DNA from: Eledone cirrhosa | Taxonomy: Eukaryota | Length of the DNA stretch: 64,000 bases | NCBI GenBank assembly: GCA_964016885.1 | Contig: OZ024740.1 | Coordinates: 424,266,001-424,330,000, forward strand | Reading direction: 5' to 3' | Part shown: piece by piece, positions 12,835 to 27,679 of the stretch | Position numbering within the stretch: the first letter of the stretch is position 1 | Layout: every line of letters starts with the position of its first letter | Position numbers and translations under genes: made by a program | The notes under the pieces: model-generated | Database searches by the model: none | Told to the model about the DNA's origin: nothing | Seen by the model: the letters and a program-made list of their open reading frames with translations, nothing else

Positions 12835-13089
12835 ATCATCATCATCATCATTTCATTTTACGTCCGCTTTTACCCTGCTTGCAAGGGTGGGACGGAAACT
12901 GATTTTTGGCTTGATTTTTACAGCTGGATGCCCTTCCTAACACCAACCTCATTTCTACAGCTTGAGTAAAATGGAGCAATGTGAAATAAAGTGTCTTGCT
13001 CAAGGAAACAACGCATCACCCGGTCTGAGAATTGAACTCACAACCTTTCGATTGCAAGGCCAATGCTCTAGCCACTAAGCCATGTGCCT
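12835..13089 (-). mobile_element. tRNA/CORE-like SINE family 1 with RTE-derived tail (internal deletion)
   Basis: Same head and tail as 36762-37100; lacks the middle hairpin/pseudoknot segment. Confidence 0.85.
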
Positions 13090-13203
13090 GCACATCAAAA
13101 AACATATAAATACAACCGTTTTACAAGGACAGTTAGCTTTCCTGATGATTTCTTTAAAATGAAACATTTCTAGTCCTGTAGAAGCCATTTCTATATTAAA
13201 CAT

Positions 13204-13234
<31 letters not shown>

Positions 13235-13486
13235 ATAAATTAAAGAGGTTATTCCATTTCTCTTTGGATTTGTACGGATGTTGTATAGTTATAGAGGTAT
13301 TTATTTACGCTTTAATTTATATTTTTAATTATCGTGTCTATAGTCTGCCTTTCATAGGTTATAGATTCCATATACTGGTGGTTTTATCCGTTTTATTGAT
13401 AGCGCACTGTATATCTCTCTCTAGTGTGTTAGCTTTTCAACATATTGTATATTATATATATATATTATATATATATATATAATATA

Positions 13487-13823
13487 TACACCCCCGTCCC
13501 ACTATCCCCTACCCATCCACACCACCCCCTAAGATGTGAAATTATGTTGGTACCACAACATCCAGTCCGAAACAAATGAGGTCGTGTAGGTGTCACGACA
13601 AAAAAAAACATCAGTCGACGGTGTTATGTGGCCGTGTAGGTAACACGGTAAAAACCTCCCAGTACACACTGTAAACGTGGTTGGTGTTAGGAAGGGCATG
13701 CAGCCGTAAAAAACCTGCCAGACAGTCCTGAGCAATACATCCAATCTTGCCTTAAGTGGACAATTCCCGTCCAGACCCATGCTAGCATGGAAAATGGACG
13801 TTAAACAATGATGATGATGATGA
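13487..13823 (+). mobile_element. RTE subfamily-A-related 3' UTR-only insertion
   Basis: Colinear with 22495-22845; terminal stem-loop + (GAT)n; inside (TA)n. Confidence 0.85.
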
Positions 13824-13942
13824 TATATATATAATATATATATATAATATATATAATATATATATATAATATATATAATATATATATATAATATATATAA
13901 TATATATATATAATATATATAATATATATATATAATATATAT

Positions 13943-14279
13943 ATCATCATCATTTCATTTTACGTCCATTTTTCCCTGCTTGCAAGGGTGAGACGGGTAC
14001 TGATTCTGGCTTCATTTCTACAGCTGGATACCCTTCCTAACACCAACCTCATTTACAGTGAGTGCTGGGTGCATTTTTGCTGTGGCACCTCCACGACCAT
14101 TTTGCAGTGGAATGATAAGGACCCCAGTCCCTATCATCTCAGTTCTACAGCTGAGTAAACTGGAGCAATGTGAAATAAAGTGCCTTGCTCAAGGAAACAA
14201 CACAACACCCGGTCTGAGAATTGAACTCACAACCTTTCGATTGCAAGGCCAATGCTCTAACCACTAAGCCATGTGCCTC
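13943..14279 (-). mobile_element. tRNA/CORE-like SINE family 1, full length
   Basis: Reverse complement of 36762-37100 (A box tggcttagtgg, B box gagttcaattc). Confidence 0.9.
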
Positions 14280-14280
14280 A

Positions 14281-14329
<49 letters not shown>

Positions 14330-14332
14330 ATA

Positions 14333-15812
14333 TACAAAGGTAAAGGGGATGCTCTGGAGAGGAGCAATTATAGGGGTATAAAACTGATAGATCAGGTTAT
14401 GAAAGTGGCAGAAAGGATATTAGCACAACTAATTAGAGAAAGGGTCAAATTAGATGAGATGCAGTTTGGTTTTGGGCCTGGGAAAAGTACAACAGATGTC
14501 CTCTTCTTGGTGAGACAATTGCAAGAGAGGTTCTTAGAGAAAAATAAGCCACTATACTTAGCCTTTGTTGACCTAGAGAAGGCCTTTGATAGAGTACCTC
14601 GATCTGTCATCTGGTGGTCCCTAAGGAAGCTAGGTGTTGAGGAATGGCTTGTGAGGACAGTCCAAACTTTGTACAGAGGTACTCTCAGTAAAGTCAGGGT
14701 AGGAATGGTGTTTAGTGAGGAATTCCAGATACAACTAGGGTCCTCAGCCCGCTCTTGTTCATTATAGTCCTCCAAGCCATAACAGAGGAGTTTAAGACTG
14801 GCTGTCCATAGGAACTTCTCTATGCTGACGATCTGGTTCTTATAACAGAATCAGTAGAGGAGCTAGAGAATAAATTCTATGGAAACAGCAGTTGGAAGCA
14901 AGAGAACTGAGAGTGAACCTAGCTAAGTCAAAAGTGTTGATGAGTAGAAAAGAGGAAAAAACTCTGATTCCGTCAGGGAAATGGCCATGTTCGATATGCA
15001 GAAAAGGAACTGGCATAAATTCTATAAAATGCACACAATGCAGATCCTGGGTACACAAGAGATGTAGTGGGAAAGCAGGCAAACTAACAGGTAGGGAGAA
15101 ATATGTATGCAGTAGATGTACAGGGAAATTAGACAGTAGAAGTCGCATTGATAGACACATTTTTCAAATGCAGGAGGGCGCTATAGAAGTGGTTGATAGC
15201 TTCCGGTACCTAGGAGATCAGATTTGCATGAGAGGAGGCTGTTCCAAGGCCATAGTATCTAGAATAAGGACGGGTTGGAAGAAGTTTAGGGAGCTGCTTC
15301 CTCTGTTGACGAAGAAGGGTTTCTCCCTGCGTACGAAAGGCCGGTTGTATGATGCCTGTGTGAGGAGCGCGATGCTGCATGGTAGTGAGACATGAGCAGC
15401 AACTGCAGAGGATATGCGACGGCTGGAGAGAAATGAGGCAAGCATGCTCCGTTGGATGTGCAGTGTAAATGTGCGTGAACGACCCAGCATAAATGTGTTG
15501 AGAGAGAAACAGTGTCTGAGAGGGATAGAATGTAGTGTACGGGAGAGGAGACTGAGGTGGTATGGACATGTGATGCGCATGGAGGATGACCGATAGGTGA
15601 AGAAGTGCCAGGAAATGCCAGTTGAAGGAAGACGTGGTAGAGGTAGACCACGAAAAACATGGGCGGAGGTGGTGAGAACAGACCTCAGATCATTGAAACT
15701 CACGGTGGAGATGACGAAGGTCTATGACGAGTGGAGAGATGCTGTGCTGAATAAGACCCGTCACACCCTTGCAAGCAGGGAAAAGTGGACGTAAAATGAT
15801 GATGATGATGAT
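14333..15812 (+). mobile_element. RTE-clade LINE, subfamily C, 5'-truncated, several stops/frameshifts, very short 3' UTR
   Basis: [34 protein letters not shown]4HC3 finger, RLRWYGH, GRGRPRKTW; (gat)n tail. Confidence 0.95.
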
Positions 15813-15849
15813 CATATACATACACACACACAAACACAGTGAAAGCACA

Positions 15850-16160
15850 TCACTTAGTGGTTACAGCAGTGGGCATGCAATCGTAAGGTTTTGAGTTCAA
15901 TTCTCGGACCGGGTGATGTGTTGTTTCCTTGCGCAAGACACTTTATTTCAAGTTCCTCTGATGGACTGGCGTCCTGTCCAGGGGGGAGTCTTGTACTCTC
16001 AGTCGCTCTACGCCATGAAACCGAGAGAAGCATGGCCAAATGAGCCTTCTCGCTTAAGACAAACTTTAGACTTACGGCCTGCCCGCCCAACCAGTAATTG
16101 GGGTCATTGTATGGCTAAAACAGCACGTGTGTCCAGACTGGTTGGTCAAGGTGATTCAAG
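15850..16160 (+). mobile_element. tRNA/CORE-like SINE with an alternative 3' region
   Basis: B box gagttcaattc, ccttgcgcaagacactttatttc, then gatggactggcgtcctgtccagggggga...; related minus-strand pieces at 47235-47335 and 58145-58420. Confidence 0.7.
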
Positions 16161-16398
16161 GTGATATATATATACATATATACATATACATACAGATATA
16201 TATACATATACATCCAGATATATATACATATACATACATATATATATACATATACATACATATATATATATACATATACATATATAAACATATCTACATA
16301 TACATATATATATATACATATATATATACATATACATATACATATATATATATACATATATATATACATATACATATACATATATATATACATATATA

Positions 16399-16718
16399 TC
16401 ATCATCACCGTTTTACGTCCGTTCTTCCACGCTAGCATGGGTTAGACGGGTTGTCCTGTTGTGGGCAGTGTCTGGTCGGCTGACCATGCCTTGCTCATAC
16501 AGGAACTGATCTGGCTTGATTTCTACAGCTGGATGCCCTTCCTAACACCAACCTCATTTACAGTGAGTGCTGGGTGCTTTTTGGTGGCGCCTACACGTCC
16601 ACTTTACAGTGTGGGATGGGTGCTTTTTTGCCGTGGTACCTCCACGACCACCTTGCGGTGGGGGGAGTGGGGGCATATTGTTTATATGCTTCAGCATGTA
16701 CCCATGGGAGGTCGGGTA
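16399..16718 (-). mobile_element. RTE subfamily B 3' UTR-only insertion
   Basis: Reverse complement of 9696-10020; embedded in (TA/TACA)n. Confidence 0.9.
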
Positions 16719-18474
<1,756 letters not shown>

Positions 18475-18669
18475 ACAAGGACCCCATTCAATCATTACCT
18501 TCTAGCTAGCGTATTTTCAAACCTTAATTCCTAGCGTATTTTCAAACCTCAATCCCTAATTCTAGCGTATTTTCAAAACAAAAAAACAAAATCCTTTCCT
18601 TCTTCCTTCTTCGAAGGCATGGGGCGGTCAAACGCCTAACACACACAACCATCATGCGGCCACACACCC

Positions 18670-18724
<55 letters not shown>

Positions 18725-19199
18725 AGGAATTCACTTCGCCAAATTTCATTGCTTTGCTGTCTACTCCACGATATTCATGTAACGTAATGTACATATTTTC
18801 CTTCATCTCTACCTCCACAAATCCTAATTCCCCATTTCCTAATTCTAGCGTATTTTCAAAACAATCCATATTTCGTATCAAGTCCAAATAGCCAATCTAT
18901 CGCTAAAACAATCTACATTTTTTGTATTTATTAATTGTTAAATACGAAAGTTTTTGGTCGTATTGAACAGAACAAATTTTGTATTTTTGTTAATCGCTTG
19001 TTAAATGCAAGGACCCCATTCAATCAATACCTTCTATCTAGCTACCCAACACCCCTCCCTCCCGCCCCCACGCACCACCATTGCTATTACGTGGACCAAT
19101 CATAAGCCAGAGCCCCCACGCATCACCAGTATTATTACGCGGACCAATCAGAAGCCAGAGGCCTATACTATCGCTTGCCTGGTTGCCTTTCGATATATG

Positions 19200-22100
19200 A
19201 TGGATGGATGGACTGCGGAATCCTGGAGAGTGGAGGAGAGAGAAAAATCTGGACGCTCAGCGACAATGCCAAAGATAAAGACAAATTCACCTCTTGGACG
19301 AGAATGCGAGCACTCCTCATTGTTTCGACCGCGGACGGCTAACATAACCCCATCGCCCCCCGCCCCCCACCGCCCCCAACCCCCAAACGCAATCCAAAAC
19401 TTCAGAGTTGGTACCATAAATGTAGGCACCCTAAAGGGTCGCGCTAACAAGGTTGTAGAAATGCTTGAACGTAAGGAGGTCGATGTTTGTTGTATTCAAG
19501 AGACCAGGTGGAGGGGTGGGTCTGCTAGGTTCATTGAGGGTAAAAAACGATGTTATAAGCTTTTCTGGGTGGGAAACGACGATGGGCTGGGTGGAGTAGG
19601 AATCATCGTAGCAGAAAAGTGGGCAGATAAGATAATAGACGTAAATAGAGTGAACGACAGAATAATTAAAATACGACCTGTCCTCAATAGAACAACAGTG
19701 ACAGTAATATCTGCGTACGCACCCCAATTTGGACTGCCCGGCACTATAAAAGACAGATTCTATGAGACACTGATGCTAACTATCTCCCAAATATCCGACA
19801 GTGACTATATAATTATTGCAATGTTGTCCAACGTGACCTAAATGGTCACGTTGGACAACATTGTGACGGCTACGACGAAATCCATGGAGGCTATGGGTTT
19901 GGTACTAGAAATGAGGAAGGCTCCAGAATCCTGGAATTCTGTCATGCAAATAACCTAACTATCTGTAACACTAACTTCAAAAAACGTGACAATCACCTGA
20001 TCACCTATAGATCCGGGGAACACACAAGCCAGGTAGATTATATCCTTACCAGAAGACGTGACAGAGTGTCTGTTGTAAACACTAAATCCCTCCCCCATGA
20101 AGAATGCACCTCCCAACATAGACTGATAATTAGCGACCTCATAGTCAGGACGAGACGTACTCGACAGCAGAAGAGGACTATCCTCAGGAGAAAAATATGG
20201 AAGCTAAAGGACCCCACAGCCAGGAATAAATTTCAAAGCATATTACTTGATGCTATCGACAGTAAGGAAGAACATTTAGAGTCGGACAATATAGAGGGAG
20301 AGTGGGAATTTCTGAAAGCAAACCTGCTGTTGGCGACAGACGAAGTCTGTGGCTGGAGCAGGCCTGTAGGCAGGAGGAGAGTAACATGGTGGTGGAACAG
20401 TAAGGTGGAGGGGTCAATTAAGGCCAAAAAGCAGGCTTGGAAAGTATGGCGGGATGGGGGAAGTAGAGAAGACTATCAAGTGGCCAGGAGGGAAGCTAGG
20501 AGACAAGTGTACTTAGCAAGAAGGGAAGCTGAGGAAAGAAAGTTCAAGCATGTTCTACAACGCGATGACCAAAAACGTGAGGTGTTCAGGATTGCTAGGC
20601 AATGCGTCAAGGAAAACCGTGATATTGTCGGGGAGAAGTGTGTACTAAACGACGATGGCACACTTGCCATCACCGACGCTGATAAGAAGGTAGCTTGGAA
20701 GTGTCACTATGAAAGGCTACTAAATGAGGAGAATAAATGGGAGAAAGACAGTCTCCCCCATATCGACCCAATAGAGGGACCAGCAGTGTTAGTCGAGGGG
20801 AGTATAATAAGTAAGGCAATCAAGGATATGAAGACGGGTAAGGCGGCTGGGCCTTCGGAAATAGTTGCTGAGATGCTGAAGGCATCTGGCACGGTGGGAC
20901 ACACCATGGTCACCCGCATAGTTAACCAAGTCGTACAGAATGGGGTTGTTCCGAAGGACTGGCATAGCAGCATCATCGTTAACTGTTATAAGGGTAAAGG
21001 AGACGCCCTAGATAGGAGTAACTATAGAGGCATTAAATTAATCGACCAGGTCATGAAGGTCACGGAAAAAGTAATAGCGCAACTAATCAGAGAGAGAATT
21101 GACCTAGATGAAATGCAGTTCGGGTTTGTGTCAGGCAAAAGTACCACAGACGCTCTTTTCATTGTACGACAACTACAGGAGAAGTACCTAGCTAAAGGTA
21201 AACCCCTCTACTTAGCTTTTGTCGACTTGGAGAAAGCCTTCGACAGAGTCCCCCGCTCCATTATCTGGTGGGCTCTTAGAAAACTAGGCGTTGACGAATG
21301 GCTTGTGAGGGCTATACAAGCCATGTATAAAGAAACAGTCAGCAAGGTTAGAATTAACAACGAATATAGTGAAGAGTTTAGCATAAAAGTTGGCGTCCAT
21401 CAGGGCTCTGTTCTCAGCCCCCTACTATTTATTATTGCCCTTCAGGCTATAACAGAGGAGTTCAAGACAGGCTGCCCATGGGAACTCCTATAAGCAGACG
21501 ACCTGACACTCATAGTGGAATCAATGGCCGAGCTAGAGAAGAAATTCCAAACATGGAAGCACGGCCTAGAGTCAAAAGGACTTAAAATTAACCTGGCTAA
21601 GACCAAAGTACTAGTTTGTAGGAAAGAAAACAAGGCGGCGGTCCCTTCTGGGAAATGGTCGTGCTCGGTGTGTAGGAAAGGCGTAGGTAGAAACTCCATT
21701 TTATGTCCTAAATGCAAAGTATGGGTGCATAAAAGATGTAGTGGGATCACAGGTAAGCTAACTAAGAACATAGATTTTGCATGTGGCCGGTGTTCTGGTG
21801 CAATAAGTAGCAGCAAGTGCCCACAAAATACTAGCTCTTTCAATTGCGCAGAGGGTTCTATAGAAATAGTGGACAGCTTCCGTTACCTGGGCGATAAAAT
21901 CAGCAGTGGGGGAGGGTGCTCTGAAAGTACTGTACCTAGAGTCAAAACTGGTTGGAAAAAGTTCAGAGAGCTTATACCACTATTAGCTGCTAAAGGGTTC
22001 TCCCTAAAAATGAAAGGCAGGTTGTACGATGCCTGCATACGAACAGCAATGCTGCATGGCAGTGAGACCTGGGCATTGTGTGCAGAGGATATACGCAGAC

Positions 22101-22845
22101 TAGAGAGGAACGAAGCTTGCATGCTCCGCTGGATGTGTAACAGTAATATACGTGAACGGCAAAGCATAAACGAACTAAGGAAAAAATTAGAGATAAGAGG
22201 GATCAGATGTTGTTTACTCGAGAGAAGGCTACGTTGGTATGGACACGTGATGCGCATGAAAGTCGATAGCTGTATAACAAAGTGCAGGGCAATAAAGATA
22301 GACGGTAGTCACGGAATAGGCAGACCTAGAAAAACCTGGGACGAGCTGATAAACTCCGACATCACACACTTACACCTCTCCAAGACAATGTCACTGGACC
22401 GAAACCTTTGGCGGTACTCAGTAACAGAGAAAACCCGCCTTACCTAAATATATAGTAAAACCTACTCCAGCCAGTAGGCATCTCTAACAAAATACACCCC
22501 GTCCCACCACCACCACCCCCACCCCATCCACACCACCCCGTTCTATGTAAAGTTATGTTGATGCCGCGCCATCGAGGCCGAAACAAATGAGATCGTGTAG
22601 GTGTCACGACAAAAAACACACAGTCCACGCTGTAATGTGGCCGTGTAGGCAACACGGTAAAAACCTCCCAGACCCACACTGTAAATGTGGTTGGTGTTAG
22701 GAAGGCCATCCAACTGTAGAAAACCTGCCAGACAGTCCTATGCGAGCAAGACAATCACTCTTGCCTCAAGTGGGACTACCCCCGTCCAAACCCATGCAAG
22801 CGTGGAACACGGACGTTAAACGTTGATGATGATGATGATGATGAT
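19200..22845 (+). mobile_element. Near full-length RTE-clade LINE, subfamily A
   Basis: Single ORF with APE endonuclease + RT + PHD insert, ~400-nt 3' UTR and (GAT)n tail running into (TACA/TA)n; exact 5' end uncertain. Confidence 0.95.
19266..22447 (+). pseudogene. RTE polyprotein (~1056 aa reconstructed): APE endonuclease - reverse transcriptase - PHD finger
   Basis: GTINVGTL, DVCCIQETRW, SAYAPQ, GDLNGHVG, VDY, SQHRL; NYRGI, QFGF, DLEKAFD, GVHQGS, *ADD; broken by a +11-nt frameshift at ~19820 and TAA at 21491-21493. Confidence 0.9.
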
Positions 22846-22987
22846 ACATATATATATACATACATATATACATACATATATACATATATATATACATATA
22901 TACATATATATATATATACATATATACATATATACATATATATATATACATATATATATATACATATATATACATATATATATATAC

Positions 22988-23018
<31 letters not shown>

Positions 23019-23780
23019 CATATATATATATACATATATATATATACATATATATATATACATATATATATATACATATATATATATACATATATATATA
23101 TACATATATATATACATATATATATATACATATATATACATACATATATATACATATATATATATACATATATATATATACATATATACATATACATATA
23201 TACATATATATATATACATATATATATATACATATATATATATACATATATATATATACATATATATATATACATATATATATATACATATATACATATA
23301 TATATATACATATATATATATACATATATACATATATACATATATATATATACATATATATATATACATATATATATATACATATATATATGTATACATA
23401 TACATATATATACATACATATATATATACATATATATACATATACATATATATATATATACATATATATACATATACATATATATATACATACATATATA
23501 CATATATATATATACATACATATACATATATATATACATACATATATATATATATACATACATATATATATACATACATACATATATATATACATACATA
23601 TATATATACATACATACATATATATATACATATATATATACATACATACATATATATATACATATATATATACATATACATATATATACATATACATATA
23701 TATATACATACATATATATATACATATACATATATATACATATACATATATATATACATACATATATACATATATATATA

Positions 23781-23816
<36 letters not shown>

Positions 23817-23864
23817 TATACATACATATATACATATATATATATACATACATATATATACATA

Positions 23865-23902
<38 letters not shown>

Positions 23903-24110
23903 CATAACATATATATATACATACATATATACATATATATATATACATACATATACATATATATATATACATACATATATATATATATACATACATATAT
24001 ATATATATACATACATATATATATATATACATACATATATATATATATACATACATATATATATATATATACATACATACATATATATATACATACATAT
24101 ATATATATAT

Positions 24111-24145
<35 letters not shown>

Positions 24146-24182
24146 CATACATATATATATATATACATACATATATATATAT

Positions 24183-24251
<69 letters not shown>

Positions 24252-24374
24252 CATACATATATATATATATACATACATATATATATATATACATACATAT
24301 ACATATACATACATATATATATATATACATACATATATATATATACATATATATATATACATATATATATATAC

Positions 24375-24419
<45 letters not shown>

Positions 24420-24533
24420 CATATATATATATATACATATACATATATATATATACATGTCAACTCTGGATGTCGGTGAGCATGTCCAGCTAACCTCAGT
24501 TTCCTCTGTGTCACTTTTGAGCTGACCCATCTA

Positions 24534-24582
<49 letters not shown>

Positions 24583-24612
24583 TATACATATATATATATA
24601 TACATATATATA
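22846..24612. repeat. ~1.7-kb (TA)/(TACA) microsatellite
   Basis: Seen directly; contains a small LINE fragment at 24458-24535. Confidence 0.95.
24458..24535 (-). mobile_element. Internal non-LTR retrotransposon fragment
   Basis: Translates [23 protein letters not shown], the RT C-terminal R.LR.AGH motif. Confidence 0.6.
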
Positions 24613-24614
24613 TA

Positions 24615-25663
24615 GTAATAATAATAAATTCGAAGGCTAAAATCCAAAGAGAGCTCGATAAGGATAAATATATATCAAATATATAAGAACCGTAGAGCAA
24701 ATATTTATTAAAATAACAGATTAAAGTTTAAGCAAAGAATCGCTGCTTTCACCCTTAACGGGATCTTCTGAAACTAACAAAGTCAATCTGTAAACGCAGA
24801 AGTGGATATTTCAAAAAACGTTGCAACCGGAGGAAGACAGGAAGACGATACTTTGGTTCGTGGAAACGTTCGCTGACAAAGAACGGGAAAAAATGAATAT
24901 ATTACGTCATTAATAGGAGTGGTGAAAAACAATTACGCGCAAAGACAAAACCACGTTTATGGTATAAAAGAGGTCGTAGACTAATGTTCTCTTAGCTGGT
25001 TCATAGAGACGTTCTCTGGCAATGAACGAAAAAAACGAAGATAATACGTCATATGTGGAGCGTGGAGAACAATAGCATGCAAAGACAAAACCACGTAAAT
25101 GGTATAGCAAAAGTCATAGACTAAAATTCTAACTAGGAGACCGCTACAGAGTTAAGAACAATGTAAATAAAATACAGAAGTAATAGAAATAAATAAATAC
25201 ATAGGTATGTTTGTGCGCTTGTTATATACGTATTTATTTATTTATATACGTTTATATAATTATTTATTTATTTGTATACACGCATACACACACACACATA
25301 TTTATATGTGCGTGGTTTTGTATACCTCTGGTATGTGTTTTGCGTATGCTTGTGTATGTACATATTTGTGTGCGTGTATGTATTTATTTATTTCTATTAC
25401 TTCTGTATTTTATTGACTTTGTTCTTAACATCTTTGCGCGTAATTGTTTTTCGCCGCTCCTATTATATTCGTTATTTCCCGTTCTTTGCCAGCGAACGTT
25501 TCCACGAACCAAAGTATCGTCTTCCTGTCTTCCCCCGGTGGCAACGTTTTTTTGAACTATCCACTTCTGCGTTTACGGATTGACTTTGTTAGTTTCAGAA
25601 GATCCCGTTAACGGTGAAAGCAGCGATTTTTTGCTTTAACTTTAATCTGTTATTTTAATAAAT
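24615..25663 (-). mobile_element. PLE-like fold-back remnant, family 2 (long copy) with nested inverted repeats
   Basis: ~24702-24945 inverted at ~25431-25663; ~25151-25204 inverted at ~25377-25429; tail 24615-24701; TA flanks. Confidence 0.7.
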
Positions 25664-25670
25664 ATATATA

Positions 25671-26824
25671 TAGCGGCTAATAGTGGTGTAAGCCGTCTGA
25701 ACTTTTTCCACCCAGTTCTGACTCTAGCTACAGTACTTTCAGAGCACCCTCCCCCACTGCTGATTTTGTCACCCAGGTAACGGAAGCTGTCCACTATTTC
25801 TGTAGAACCCTCTGCGCAGTTGAAAGAGCTAGTATTTTGTGGGCACTTGCTGCTACTTATTGCCCCAGAACACCGGCCACATGTAAAATCTGTTCTTAGT
25901 TAGCTTACCTGTGATCCCACTACATCTTTTATGCACCCAAACTTTGCATTTGGGACACAAAATGGAATTTCTACCTACGCCTTTCCTACACTCTGCGCAT
26001 GGCCACTTCCCGGAGGGGACCGCCGCCTTATTTTCTTTCTTACAAACTAGAACTTTAGTTTTAGCCAGGTTAATTTTAAGGCCTTTTGATTCTAGGCCGT
26101 GCTTCCATGTTTGGAATTTCTTCTCTAGCTCGGCCATTGATTCAGCTATGAGCGTTAGACCATCTGCGTATAGGAGTTCCCATGGGCAGCCGGTCTTGAA
26201 CTCCACTGTTATAGCCTGGAGCGCAATAATAAATAGTAGGGGGGTTAGAACAGAGCCCTGATGAACACCAACTTTTACACTAAACTCTTCACTATATTCG
26301 TTGTTAATTCTAACCTTGCTGACTGTTTCTTTATACATGGCTTGTATAGCTCTCACAAGCCATTCATCAACACCTAGTTTTCTAAGAGCCCACCAGATAA
26401 TGGAACGGGGGACTCTGTCGAAGGCCTTCTCCAAGTCGACGAAAGCTAAGTATAGGGGTTTACTTTTAGCTAGGTACTTCTCCTGTAGTTGTCATACAAT
26501 GAAAAGAGCGTCTGTGGTACTTTTTCCTGACACAAACCCGAACTGCATTTCATCTAGATCAATTCGCTCTCTGATTAGTTGCGCTATTACTTTTTCCGTG
26601 ACCTTCATGACCTGGTCGATTAATTTAATGCTTCTATAGTTACTCCTATCTAGGGCATCTCCTTTACCCTTATAACAGTTAACGATGATGCTGCTACGCC
26701 AGTCCTTCGGAACAACCCCATTCTGTATGACTTGGTTGACTATCCGGGTGACCATGGTGTGTCCCACCGTACCAGATGCCTTCAGCATCTCGGCAACTAT
26801 TTCCGAAGGCCCAGCCGCCTTGCC
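25671..26824 (-). mobile_element. RTE subfamily A internal fragment lacking both ends
   Basis: [15 protein letters not shown]...DLEKAFD...YADG...PHD; both ends abut TA tracts. Confidence 0.95.
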
Positions 26825-26872
26825 ATATATATATATATATATATACATACATATATATATATACACGTGTAC

Positions 26873-26907
<35 letters not shown>

Positions 26908-27471
26908 CATATATATACACACATATATATATACACACATATATCTATACACACATATATATACACATATATATATACACATATATATATACACACATAT
27001 ATATACATATATATACACACATATATATACATATATATATATACACATATATATATATACACATATATATATATATACATATATATTTATATACATATAT
27101 ATTTATATACATATATATTTATATACATATATATATACACATATATATATATATATACATATATATTTATATACATATATATTTATATACATATATACAT
27201 ATATATTTATATACATATATATTTATATACATATATATATATACATATATATTTATATACATATATATATATACATATATATTTATATACATATATATAT
27301 ACATACATATATATTTATATACATATATATATACATACATATATATTTATATACATATATATATACATACATATATACATATATACATATATACATATAC
27401 ATACATATATATATAAACATATATACATACAATATATTAACAAATGGAAACTATATTTATAAAACCATATT

Positions 27472-27537
27472 TATTTCATTATACATATTTCAAAGACCAC
27501 CAAGGCAAATTATGGTGCACTTTCATCAGATAAAATA
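27472..27537 (-). ncRNA. Minimal type-I hammerhead ribozyme motif in a PLE-like remnant
   Basis: Minus strand: tattttat CUGAUGA aagtgcacc..ggtggtcttt GAAA tatgta UA atgaaata; stem I as at 5880; stem II imperfect. Confidence 0.65.
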
Positions 27538-27679
27538 TAATATAGGTTAGTTTTATAAATAAATATTGATATACCCTGAAAAAATGCAACCATTCTGGTT
27601 GGAATCCAACAAATTAAATATAACCTGTACATATATATATATTTATATATATATATACATATATACATATATACACATA

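Noticed and set aside
13135-13185. Hammerhead (CUGAUGA...GAAAC...GUC)
   Set aside because: Core words are present but stem I does not pair next to the core and stem II is weak; at best a decayed relic
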